Shown here: piece after piece, positions 24,191 through 36,144 of the stretch
How the letters are laid out: each line of letters begins with the position of its first letter
Position numbering within the stretch: position 1 is the stretch's first letter
Assembly (NCBI GenBank): GCA_016748015.1
Contig: JAAOMT010000400.1
Coordinates: 578,113-642,112, forward strand
Direction: 5' to 3'
Length of the DNA: 64,000 nt
DNA from: Geosiphon pyriformis uo1
Lineage: Eukaryota > Fungi > Glomeromycota
Position numbers and translations under genes: made by a program
Notes under the pieces: generated by a model
The model's input: only the letters and a program-made list of their open reading frames with translations
What the model was told of the DNA's origin: nothing
The model's database searches: none

Positions 24191-25587
24191 TTTTTTTTTT
24201 ATTACGCATTTAACGAGTGAGGCCCAATCGCTACCTACTTATATACAACATATACGTGTCGTAAGCTAGACGCGACTCACGCACTTGCTACATGTGACCA
24301 GCCACATGGGCCAATCAAGGCAACACTACATATCCACTAAAACTTCCACATCACCACCCAAACCGGAACAGAACAAACAACGCAAACGCGACCCAAAATG
24401 CACACCCCTATTTTCCTCTACACTTAGCAACACAACAGTCCCGTCTACAAATCTCCCCATACTAACACCTACGCGAGGTACCACACAATTATCTAACGCC
24501 AACAAACCATTCCTGACGAGGACAGCTACGTGCTCAGATCTGCGGCACCACACTCTAGACCTGTGAGCAGACACCAGATTCCTCACAAAGGAAACTACAT
24601 ATGCCCCAGCACGGCCAGAATCACCAAAAACCAACTTAGCCTCCCTAGACCAGCCCTTAGGCACAAAACCTTTGACCAGAGATGTGTACCGGTCGACGTC
24701 AACCAAACAAAATTCCAGATCCCGAAGAATTCCAGAAGACGAAATATCGACGCCAACCAAAGATGCCCATTGCCTATGAAACTCTGCAAGTATCTCTTCA
24801 CGGCAGTTTCTATCCATAACACACCCGAAGACGTGATCAGACGTCTCCATCTCACCACAAAACACGCACGACACACTAGGGTACGACGCATCGTACAAAC
24901 GCTTCCTGACTGCAACCGGCAAACGCTTGTGCAAGCCAGCCGTCGACCTGCTAGTGAACCCGGAAGCCATGTGAGCATCAGGATGCCAAACCTCAGCCGT
25001 ACTCTTCCAATCAACTTCCCAAACATCCAAATCTTTTAACACACTAGAACCAGACCCATTCTCCCACCTGGCTCGATGCAAAACCCTGTAGTAATCCCTC
25101 ACAAAATGTCTAACATTGCAAGAAAGCGCCATACCAGCCGATCGAATACATAACTCGCGAACCACAGCCGGGAAGGTTTTTCCAGAAAAACAGGACTCAG
25201 AGGCAAGCTCATCAGCGCGTTCATTGCCTGCATTGCCAGCATGACCCTTAACCTTGACCCAAGAAACTAACAAACTTCTTTCCCTGATGATATTGACCAC
25301 ATGCCGCCTTTCCATCCAAAAGCGGTTCCTGAAATCAGGCACCACCAAATTCAATTCACTCGTACAAGCACTCAAGGCCGCCTGGCTGTCCGAATGTACG
25401 ACCACATTACTTCCCACGGGAGCACAGGCGAGCGCAAGAGAGACAGCTTTGATCTCAGATAAAGTAGAAGACATGATGCCACGCACACTAACCCCAAATC
25501 CGAAATCAACATCAGAAAAGTAAACAGCGGCACCCCCAGTGACTGAAGGTAAGCCAAAATTCTTGACAGAACCATCCGTGTATACAT
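24191..25587 (-). mobile_element. Young 5'-truncated LINE copy (RNase H, CCHC, 3' UTR, poly(A))
   Basis: Open frame VYTDGS...SEIKA...HSDSQAA...WVKVKGHAG.AGNERADELA...CVFCGEMETSDHVFGC; T-run at 24191-24200; possible short TSD CTATTTTT; GC- and CpG-rich. Confidence 0.92.
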
Positions 25588-26649
25588 CTATTTTTAAGTC
25601 AAGTTGATTAATTTTTTTTAAATTATATAGCTTTTAAAATTAGTAATTTAGTTGTTTAAATTTATGATTAAATATGTTTTAATTTTAAATTATTTACTGT
25701 TAAAAATATATTTAAGTTAAAAAAAATTTTAATACATTATTATTAAAATTAATATTTTAAGAAAATATTGTATTTAACAAAATTATTTCCTGGTTTTTTA
25801 AAATTTAGTTTAACTTTTAAGTTTTTTGTTATACTTAAGGTTTTTATTAACAAGTTAATTAAATTTTTTTATATACTTGTATTATTGTTTTATTAATTAA
25901 ATTAAAAGTTTTAATTGTTAATATTTTTTGGTTTTAATAAGTATAATTTAATTATTATTTATTAAATACAACAATATTTATTCTAAAATAGATATGATTT
26001 ATGTATTTTTTATACATAAACAGTTATCTATTAATATTAATAAGGAGTATAATATGTAATTAAAAAAGAACAAAAAAATAAAAATACAAATTTTTTTTAT
26101 AAATAATAATATATTTAATTAAATATCTGTTTTATAATAATTAATTAATTTAATATTAAATTTAATAAAAAATCCAAATTTGAATAAGTAAATAGTGTTA
26201 TTTTAAATTACATAATAAATAAGTTTAATGTTAAAAAACTGTTTTTGGTTCTTAATTCTATTTAATATAATTTTAATATAAGTTTAAGTAATTAGTTATA
26301 TGTAAACTATGTTTAATATTAAACATATACATAATAAATGTATTTTAATAGCTTAGAATAATTAATAAATATTAAACTTGCAATTTTAATTTATCTTTTT
26401 AACTTAAATTATTAATCAACCAAACAACCAATCAACCATAAATTAACCAATTCTGGCTTATATCTTGTTAAATCTGTAAATTTAATTTAATTTTAAAATT
26501 GTTTTTTTAAACTAAAATGGTTTACAATATACTTTAAGTTAAAATTTATCTAAAGATTATTTTATTCTTAATATCTTGAAATTTAGATAATAGATCTAGA
26601 CTCTAGACATGCATCCAAAAACTTTCTAACTTTACAAAAAGTATGCATA

Positions 26650-28892
26650 TTACTCATTGTGAACTTTTGCATCACTACCATCTCTGGGATCGCTTTTGAT
26701 GGTGCCAATAGGGGCAGTTATTCGTGATTTTCCACCATTATAGATATCAATCCATTCCAAAGCACCATCCCAACTATGATCGCCGAACAAACGATACTGT
26801 TGTGAATCAGAAAAATTATGATGTTTTTTAATTTAGGTGTCAAATTCTTAAATTGTCAAAATAGAATACGAATACCTGTATTGGAGTTGGTACTCCAAAA
26901 AGGTGTTGAAACCACGCCTTGAATCCGAAACTCCAATAGACGGATCGAGCAGTGGGTAGGCATCCAATATCTTTGGCAAGGCTGTCAAGATATGGCATCC
27001 AAGCTGCTTCGATGGTGTGCCGAGCAGAATTGTAAAAGCTCTTTTGAAGATGATTTTGATACTCTTGAATGGATTCATCCATTTTTGAGGGGTCAGGTAG
27101 AGGTGGAATGGTGCCATTGATTAAACCGGTAAAATAGCGGGCTTGCATTTCGCTATAAAATTGAGATGTTGTAAAATTCAAAAAAGAAAATCGCAAAGTT
27201 CAAATATACCTTGCCGGAAAGATTGGACCATCTGGTTGAATTAATCCAATAAAAGCGATGTTCTTGTATCGAGGTGGAAAAACCATCTTGTACAACCATG
27301 CCAAATTCTGTCGGTACTCGGGGTCAAACCTTTGTTCAATTTCCCAACCGCCAGAAACAATTTCTCGATCCAAGAATGGAAAATCAATGAAATAACCTGT
27401 GGTATAGATAATTGCATCAATATCTTGAATTGTTGATCCATCAACGAAATTAATTGACCCATCAGCCTTAAGCTCAGAAATATCAGGCTTCACAATAATA
27501 GTTCCTGTCATCAGGCGTTCAAAAAATTCTGATTTCACTGTTATATGCGAAGATGAAATTGATGTTTGAGGTTTTAATCCAGGTGGATGTCGTCCCATAA
27601 CTATTTCGGTAATACTTTCAAAAATAAAGTTTCGAATCCTGGTTGGTATGAATGACATAACTCTCGGAATCAAATGTTCCAATGGCTTCCCGAAAATTGC
27701 TCTTCGAGGTAGGATCCAAGGTAAGGTTCCTAATAAAATAACTATGAATTAGAATTCAAATATATGATGCCATTTTATTAGTGTAAATTCACTTCGATGA
27801 CCTCGTCGACTACATAAATAAACCTGGGATGCAATATGAGATAATTCAACCGAAATATCCATAGCACTTTGCAAAATACAAATCTACATGTTAATCATAA
27901 ATACAAATTCATAGATAAAACAATTCGAAATGATAACCTATTTAATACCTATTTCCAATACCCACAACCACCACGCGCTTATTCAGATATTCAGATGATC
28001 TGAAAATTACAATAAAATTTTAAGTCACTTCAAAAGATCAATTTTTTCATTATTAAATTCATTTACTCACTCTCGATAAAAATGAGAATGCATTTGCTTC
28101 CCGCTAAATGTATCCATCCCAATATAATTTGGCATTCGAGGCTTTTGATGATGGCCTGAACATACCATGACGTAATCAAATTCGTCCTCCTGTTCAGTCT
28201 GATCCCCTTCTGTGCTCGCATATTTCACCATCCATCGATCATTCGAGAGTTGAAATACACGCAACACTTTTAAATGCAGTTTAATATATTGATGAAGATT
28301 GAAATTGTCCGCATACATCTCCCAATACCTGATAATATATATCACGTGTTTAAGGAAGCTCAACATTAGAATTATTTAGATTGGAGATTAAAACTCACTT
28401 GATTACAAGGTTATGCGGTAAAAATGTTGGCCAATCACAAGGGATTGGAAAATCCGAAAAGGTCATCTATGAATGAATTTCAATAAATAAATTTAATTAA
28501 ACCCAGATTTACAACTTATAAGTAATTATGTCCATACCGTTTCCTTGCAAGTATTAATTACAGTGGTCCTGTACACAGAAGAATGTGGATCCTTATTCGT
28601 TTCATCAACTTCTACGTAACGCCATGTACCACCAATATGTCCACTCTGTTCAAAGCAGACTGGTTCTAACTGGTCGTCGACACATTGTTTTATAGCTGCT
28701 AAACCCGATGAACCTTAAATATTATATTTCCAAGTATGCAAAAACAAAAACGTGTTAAGTATGTAACCGAAAGTTTTGTAGCGAGCAAAATGATATTCTT
28801 TTACCAGCTCCGATAATAGCAATACGTGGTTTCTGGTTACTTCTACTTCCCTCAGAGGTCCTTCCAAGAAGAGGTGGAGTGTTAAAATCCAT
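26650..28892 (-). CDS. FMO: Flavin-containing monooxygenase (class B FMO, dimethylaniline monooxygenase-like), 9 exons, about 549 aa
   Basis: Exons (all introns GT-AG): 28892-28805, 28713-28538, 28466-28399, 28328-28071, 27999-27949, 27866-27802, 27729-27210, 27152-26876, 26796-26650, total 1650 nt in frame. Motifs GAGSSG (FAD), GGTW, FSGKQMHSHFY (FMO fingerprint), GIGNSA (NADPH), TTGY, EMQAR, YRLFG..SWDGA. Confidence 0.93.
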
Positions 28893-29064
28893 ATTAAAAG
28901 AGCTATTCGTTTTCACGACTCTGCAAATAATCAAGTTTCTGGATAACAATGATCTTAAAAATTGTTTTTGTTAATTAATTAAGCTTTTAATTAAGTTATG
29001 CACAAATAATAATTTATTTAATTGAAAAAATAATTTTTCATTAATAAATTTAAAATAAAAAACT

Positions 29065-32000
29065 AATTTTTATGCCCATGACCAAAGCAAAAAGTATAAG
29101 CAATTACTACTTTTCTTATAATAACTAAAAAAGCAACCACCCAAACTGTTGTAAAAGTATTTTCTTTTAGTATTATTTTAAAGCAACCTTTGGTTGTTTT
29201 AAAAAAATTCTTATTTTGGTTAGAAGTTTCTTTTTAATCAAAATAATTGTTATTATTTTTATAAAAAGCCCTAAGATTTTTAATAACAAACCAATAATTA
29301 AAAAAACCAAAACAGCCAAAAACCAATTTTTATTTTGTATTATTAGTAATCAATTTTAATAATATATTTTAATCTAATATATTTTTTAATTAAACAAAAT
29401 AACAATAATGTATATATTAAAATAAATACAAATTGTGTTTTTTAATATAAAACTATTTTTAACAAATTATTGCCAGTTATAAAAGCAAAAAATTATGTTT
29501 TAATATATATATATATATATTTAATTATATTATAATATCATTCTAGATTAAAATAATATGTTAATAAATAATAATAAAAAACAAATATTATGCTAAAAAA
29601 TCAAAAAGTTTAACTTAAAAAAACAACTTAAATTTGTAAAGATTTAATATATAAGATTAGTTGTATAAATATTTTAATTATTATTTTTTTCAAAAATAAC
29701 AAAAAATCTAAAAGTTAAAAAATATTATAATTATATGTTTTATATTATAAAAACTGGTACTTTACATTAATGTTATATCTAATAAAAATGTTTTAAAATT
29801 TAATATTGTTACTAATCTCAAAATCTGAATTATTTGTTTAAAGATTATAAAATATTACTACTTTTTTCTTTCAAGTTATTTGTTAAGTTTATTATTAATT
29901 TTAAGTCTCTTATATTATTTTTTATTGATAAAAAATTTTATATTAAAGCTTTTGTTCTTTTAACTTTTTTTTTGGCTGTTTTTGTTATTAATTTTATAAT
30001 TAATTCAAAACTAAATTCTTTAGAATCTTAAATCTTGAATTTGGCTTTTTTGATTAAGCTTATTATTAAATTTATTGGTTTTTTTTTTTATTTTATTTTA
30101 ACGAGCAAAACCCAAATACTACCTAAAACTATGATACCACAGAAGAAATTATATTATAGGCATAAATCATGTATTTTTAACACGTGATCAGACACTCAGT
30201 CCAATTAAGAACTCACTACATTGAATCAATAGTAGGTAAGAATAACTCCAACTCACGAATTCTCTCAATGATACTATTCAGATTCCTAGAGTCAAAAATA
30301 AACTCACTAAGAAACAATCTAGTATACTCAATATTGCTTCTGGTTTCAGCACCAGACATTTGCCACAAAGCAATAACATGCTTAATAGTGTTCTTACTTA
30401 AAATAGAAGGCTTAGTAGCCAGCATACTATCATAATCCATATCACCAAAGTCAACCTCAGATTTAAGACAAGCGATGTTCTTGAAGACTTCAACCAAAAG
30501 GTTAGAAAAATTGTTAGCAGCACTCTTCATAGAAATGAGATCTTTCTTGACCTAAACAGCCTTAGCAGCATTATCATCAAGAAAATGAGACACCAAAGCA
30601 ACCAAAGAACCAACAGGCTCAACAATAGACTTAACTAGAGCAGCCAAATCTGAAATCTGCTTTTTCAAAGAGTCCAACCTGGAACTAACAGCAGAATCAG
30701 CAGCAGAAGCAGCCAAAAAAGCCACTAAAGGAGGAAATTCAGAAAGACCAGAAGGAGCAGCAATCTTGGCATATAAAGTAGAACCCACAAAATAAGACTT
30801 GAAAACCTTGAGAACCTTGGGAGTAGGAGGTGAGGATATCTTGTAATCCATGGTCAGATGGCTCATTTTTTGACACCTAAAGCAGCACCAGCAGCCAGAA
30901 GTTTCCCATCAGATATGGCATTTCTTTAGAGTACTAGTCTTGACTACAGCAGAATCCAAATTGTCTTGAGAGTCAAATGTAACCAAAGCAAACCGAAAAC
31001 GATGACCAGAATCAGGAAAATGAGGAATAAAACATGTTCAACTACCAATCTGAGAAATCATATCACTGATTTCAAAGGCAGTACAGCCAGAAAAAAGGTT
31101 GACCAATTTGGCCTTAAACTTATCATAAGACAAAATAGTCTCATTTTAATTCACCAGAGAGAGGATTCTAATACTATCTTTGCCTACCAAGACTGACCAA
31201 TGCTTTAAGGCAAACACAGCAGAGTTCAACTTTTCAAAATAAACTACCACATACTGTTAAATGCCAACAGGCTTCAGCACAACATGAGTGACACTACCAA
31301 ATACACTAAGAGCCAACTTAATGTTAGCAGTAAACACACCCAAAGGTACATCACGCAGTGCAACAGCAGCAGAAGAGGAACCAGATTCAGAAACCACCAA
31401 AGACTTGACAATTTTGAGAGTGGCCAAACAAACAAAGCTTGTAAACTCAACCAGAAACGCAGCTTCCAAAGACTGTTGAGAAGCAAACTCCACACAGAAA
31501 AGCTTCACATTGTCTTTTGAAACAGATTTGGCACCCAAAAAACCATGCACAGACTGAAAAACAGTCTTAACATGAGCCAATTTGACCTTAAAAGTAGCAC
31601 CAGAGTGGAGGCCACCCACCCAGCAAACCTTTGACGACTAGTAATAGTTTTCCAAGCACCACCAGAAGTAGTACCAGAAACTAAAGAAAGAGATGAATCA
31701 GTTTCCATTTGATCAGCCCAGTTCTCAAGAACAGATGACCCAACAGAAGGAAATTGTTTTGCTTCTAAAACCAGCAAAGATCTGCCGGAAGACACCACAT
31801 TTGGCAATACAGCCAGTAGTTAATCTTGGCCCATCTTGGATAACGTGCCAGATAATGCTACAGAAATCTCATCTAAGATCTCATTGGAAACCACAAAGAG
31901 GTTCAGTGTAACAATAGCAGAGGCAAGCGACTGCCCCCATTTTTCTGAACTTCTGGTCTTTTTGACCATTTTTTTAGAAGAGGTGGTGCTAGAAGCACCA

Positions 32001-33300
32001 GGTGTTGAATCTATAGAGAGGAAGACCAGCTTATTTACTAGTCTATTATTAAAAACTTTTGGGCTCTTGGTTGGGATGGAGACAACACTGGAACTAACCC
32101 AGGTGTGTCTCTTTGAAGGGACTTTGACTGGTGAAAAACCAGCCAAAGATGAGGAAGTTGCTTCAGTGGCTACCAAAGGCAGCTTATCATGATTACTGGA
32201 TAAGAAAAAGGCTTTTAAAACGTTTTGCCTAGTTGTTTCTACAACAGAGAGAGCTCCTTTGGTTGAAATTTTATTAGATATCTTAAGACAAATATTAGGT
32301 ACAGCTTTTTTACTCTTTGCTCTGGTCATGGTCATAAAATTAAGAAGACAAAGAGTTCTATCTTATAATTTATTGGTTTATTAATTATATTGATTACTAT
32401 TTTTTTAAATTTTTTTTTGTTATATATATAAAAATTAAAAGTATAATTATAAATATTAAAAATAAAGTGTCTGTTTTTGGTAAAATATTAAACAAAGTTG
32501 CTAAAATAATTAAAATAAAAATTAAATATAATATTAAAATTAATCTAATAAATAGTGTTAACTATGTATTAAATAAAATTTTTTTAAAAATATTAATTTT
32601 TTAAAATTAAGCAAAATTCTAATAAAACTGTTAAATGTTTAAGTAAATTAGTTGTTATTATTAACAAAAATTTGAGTTATAAATAACATAAAATTAATTT
32701 TATAAATTCTATTATTAATTAACATATATTATTATTTTATTTTATATTAATATTTTGAAATTAATTAACTATCAATTTTAGTAATTGTTAATAACTTTTA
32801 AATTTGAATCCAAAATAATTATATATTATTTAGAAAGTTTACAAATAAAATTTTTCTGTAAAATAATTTATTTTTATTGCAAAATAATTATATAAATAAT
32901 TAAAATAAAATTGGTTATTTTATTATAACTTTAATAATATATACAGTTTAAAATATAAAAAAATATTTTGAAAAAAAAATTTGCTTATTAAAAGTTTATT
33001 AATTTTTAGCAACAGCAAAATTAACAGTAAAATAATCTTAATAATACTAAAAAAAAATAGAAATTTTTTTAATAATATTGTAAATAATAGTTTTTTGGTT
33101 GTAATTATGCATAAGATATTTTTTAAAATAAGTTTTTTTTCAAATTTAATATAATTTAGCTTAAATTAAACTAGTATTTAATTATATATAAAAAATACAT
33201 AATTTATGTTTAATTTAAAATACTTTCAGAAATTTTATTGTATTAGATAATATTTAAGCTTACATATTAAATAAAATAAAATAAATAATATAAAATTGTA
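29065..33300 (+). mobile_element. Ghost copy of the ORF1 element family; host of the 30082-32366 insertion (right boundary approximate)
   Basis: TTTTATGCCCATGACCAAAGCAAAAAG at ~29067-29093 matches the ORF1 start of the 30082-32366 element; 30010-30081 plus 32367 onward match its coiled-coil region after C>T/G>A decay. Confidence 0.6.
30082..32366 (-). mobile_element. Complete ORF1-only non-autonomous LINE derivative (HAL1-like)
   Basis: One ORF1-like frame at 32335-30216 (RRM-like segments, CxxC..GH knuckle, coiled coil), then directly the LINE 3' UTR and poly(A); TSD AATTTATTGGTTT at 30069-30081 and 32367-32379; no EN or RT. Confidence 0.85.
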
Positions 33301-34187
33301 TTTTAATTATTATATAGTTTTATTAATATTAAATTAATTATTAAACATAATATTAAGCTTTTTTAAATAAAATATGTATTTTAAAATTTTCAAATATTAT
33401 TATTAATATTAAATTAAAAAATGATTTTTTTATTATATTAAAATTACAAGATTTTTAGTTTTATTTCTATTTTTATTGTTATTGTTTTTTATAATATTTT
33501 TTATAATATGTTTATAATATTCTTATTTAATATATAAATTTAATTATTATTTAATATATATTAAATTAAGTAATTTAAATTAGATATAATTTTACATATT
33601 TTTTATATATACTAAATATAAATTTAATTTAAGTTAAACTATATAAAATTTAAAAAAATTTTAATGTATAAATACAACCAAAATACTATTGTAATAACTA
33701 TTTTACTTATCTATTTAATAATTTTATTTGTATTTAATTAATATTAAAAAGCTAATGTTTTTAAAAAACCAATAATTAATTATATATATTTATATCTAAA
33801 ATATTATTAAATAATCTATATTATTATTTTTAAGTTTATATTTAATTTTAAGTCTTATATTATTATAGTTTATTTTATTAAATTTTTATAATTTATTATA
33901 CAAAACAGAAAAAAAATTAAATAAGTTAATTATTAAAACAACCAAAAAACCAATAAATTTAATAATAAATTTAATTAATAAAATCAAAACAGCTAATTTA
34001 AACTTTAAAAAACCAAACAAAAATTTAAAAAAAACCAAACTTACTAATTGTCTTTTTAAAAAACATTAATTTGCTTGTCCCTTGTCCATGACGAGAGTGT
34101 AATTTTATCAAAATTTTAATTAGCTCTTTTCCTTTTTATCCTCTAAATTTTCTAATTATTCCTTCTGATTTTCTTTTTTTTGTCACA

Positions 34188-36144
34188 ATAGAACCAGTAG
34201 GCTTCTCTGCTAGTGGTTCTAGTTCCATTTTGGCTGGGTTGGGGACCTGGTCTAATAATAAAAAGAAAGCATGCATTGAGAGCATATACTCTTATGATCT
34301 TTTATACAAGAAATCTAAAACTTCTGGAACTATTGATGGTGTGGTAGATTTATCAACTGGTCCTGTTTCTGGTGATATTTTACAAGCTGGCAATTTAAAA
34401 TGAAAGATGTCTTGGAGTAGTGAAGTGAAAAGTGAGAATGCTAGTGTTAGTAAGATGTCTGACTTGGAAAACATAAGTAATATAGTGGCAAAAAAAACAA
34501 GTTACATAGATTCTGATGGTTCTGAGGCTAACAATATGGTAGATGACACGACTTTGAGAAAAACATGAATGAGGATGTATGTTCTAAGACAACTACTGAA
34601 AAAATCTTTTTTCAATATTATAAGTGATGTCGATAATGTTTTGGAACTCCTGTCTCCCAAGTTTCAAGATTCCAATTAGCTGCCAAGTGCCAAGTTACAT
34701 GGTCTAAAAAAGAGGAGCTTTGAGCCAGTAAAATTGTTCACATTAGATATTGAGATTGCGGCTATTTCAGAGAAAAATGTCAATAAGAAATTGATTTCGA
34801 TTAAAAAAATTTTTATCAAGTGGATGGTTTTAGGGGAGCTTTTACTTCCTTAAAATTCCCAGGAATCATCAAATCTTCCTTTATTTTTGAGTTAAGTCTT
34901 AACAAGGCTAAGGAACTGGTGATTTGTAAGAAGATTTTAGTGAATAATAATGTTAGAAAGTTAGGCATTCATTCAAATCAGGAAATAATTGTCAAGGAAA
35001 TTCCAGTAGATCTTTTCAGATCAGCAGTTGAGTCAGTTTTTTCTAAGTTTAATAAGGTTGTGTTAATCAAAATGCAATTGATTGATTTATGGCAGAAAGC
35101 TTTGGTTGAGTTTGACTCATCAGAAGTGGCTAGTTCAGTTGTCTTTAAGTGGTTTGTTTTTATGGGAAAAGACTCTGTATAGGTGGCATTGGCTGTTGAG
35201 GATAAACAATCTTGGGTGCTCAGGAATCAGCATAGAGTCTTGCTTTATACTTTATCAGTTGACACTACTGCTCATGATTTGTCTGGTTTGCTTGATTCAT
35301 ATGGTAGAAAGACCTGTTTTATTGGTCGCAATCTTAGCTCTTATGTCCATGACAGATGTGCTGTGATTTGTTTTACTGATGAAACATCCAAGTTGGCTGC
35401 AATTGGATCTGTTTCAGTTTTTAAGAGTACAAGTTTGCAATGGGCTGGTCTTTTCCTGGCTTGTTGTACTAAATGTAAACAATTTGGTCACATCTCTGAT
35501 GTGTGTTCATCTGATGAGATTTCTGGAATTCATGAGAAGTGGATGGTAACTGATCAAGATTGGGTCCATCTGGCTGGTATTTATAAGAAAAAGCAAGCTT
35601 CCATTGCACATCCAGTTTCTTTTGGTGGTAAAACTTGGGCTCAAGTAACTGGTGGTTTTTTTTCTTGTGTTGCTCCTTTGGTTTTTTTTGGTGCCATTCT
35701 ATTCTTTGCTGTTGAGAACTCTTTATTCACTTCTGCTCTTCCTGGTATCCATGACTTGTATGGTTATTTGGTTTCTCTGGAATGCTCTCTAGAACTTTTG
35801 GCTGACCAGATTTCTGGTATTTTGGTGAAATTGGGTTTCTTAGAATTGGTGCCCCTGGCAGCTACATTTGATGTTTCTCCTTCTAAGGTTCTTGTGACTG
35901 TGGTTCCTGATTTAGATTTGGATATGGTTTTGGATGATGAATCTATGGTCTATATCCCTTCTTCTCTGGTTGTCATAATACAGCTATTACCATAAGTCCA
36001 AGTAATTCTAAGGTTTTAACTACCAAAGTCAGTGGTTTGGAATCCAAAATGGTGGCTTTGGAGGTTTTGGTTGAGTCTGTTTTGGAAAAACTGGACTGTT
36101 TGTGCTTAGATTTGGGTTTGTCAACTGCCTTTACTTCTTAATGA
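34188..36144 (+). pseudogene. LINE ORF1 (RRM-like domains, CCHC knuckle, coiled coil)
   Basis: IIVKEIPVDL, WQKALVEF, CAVICF, CTKCKQFGHISDVC; the start codon reads ATA where the paralog at 61011 has ATG. Confidence 0.85.

Noticed and set aside
24326-25587. Domesticated stand-alone RNase H gene
   Set aside because: No in-frame start before VYTDGS (the nearby ATG is out of frame); it keeps the LINE 3' UTR and poly(A), so 5' truncation is the simpler explanation.
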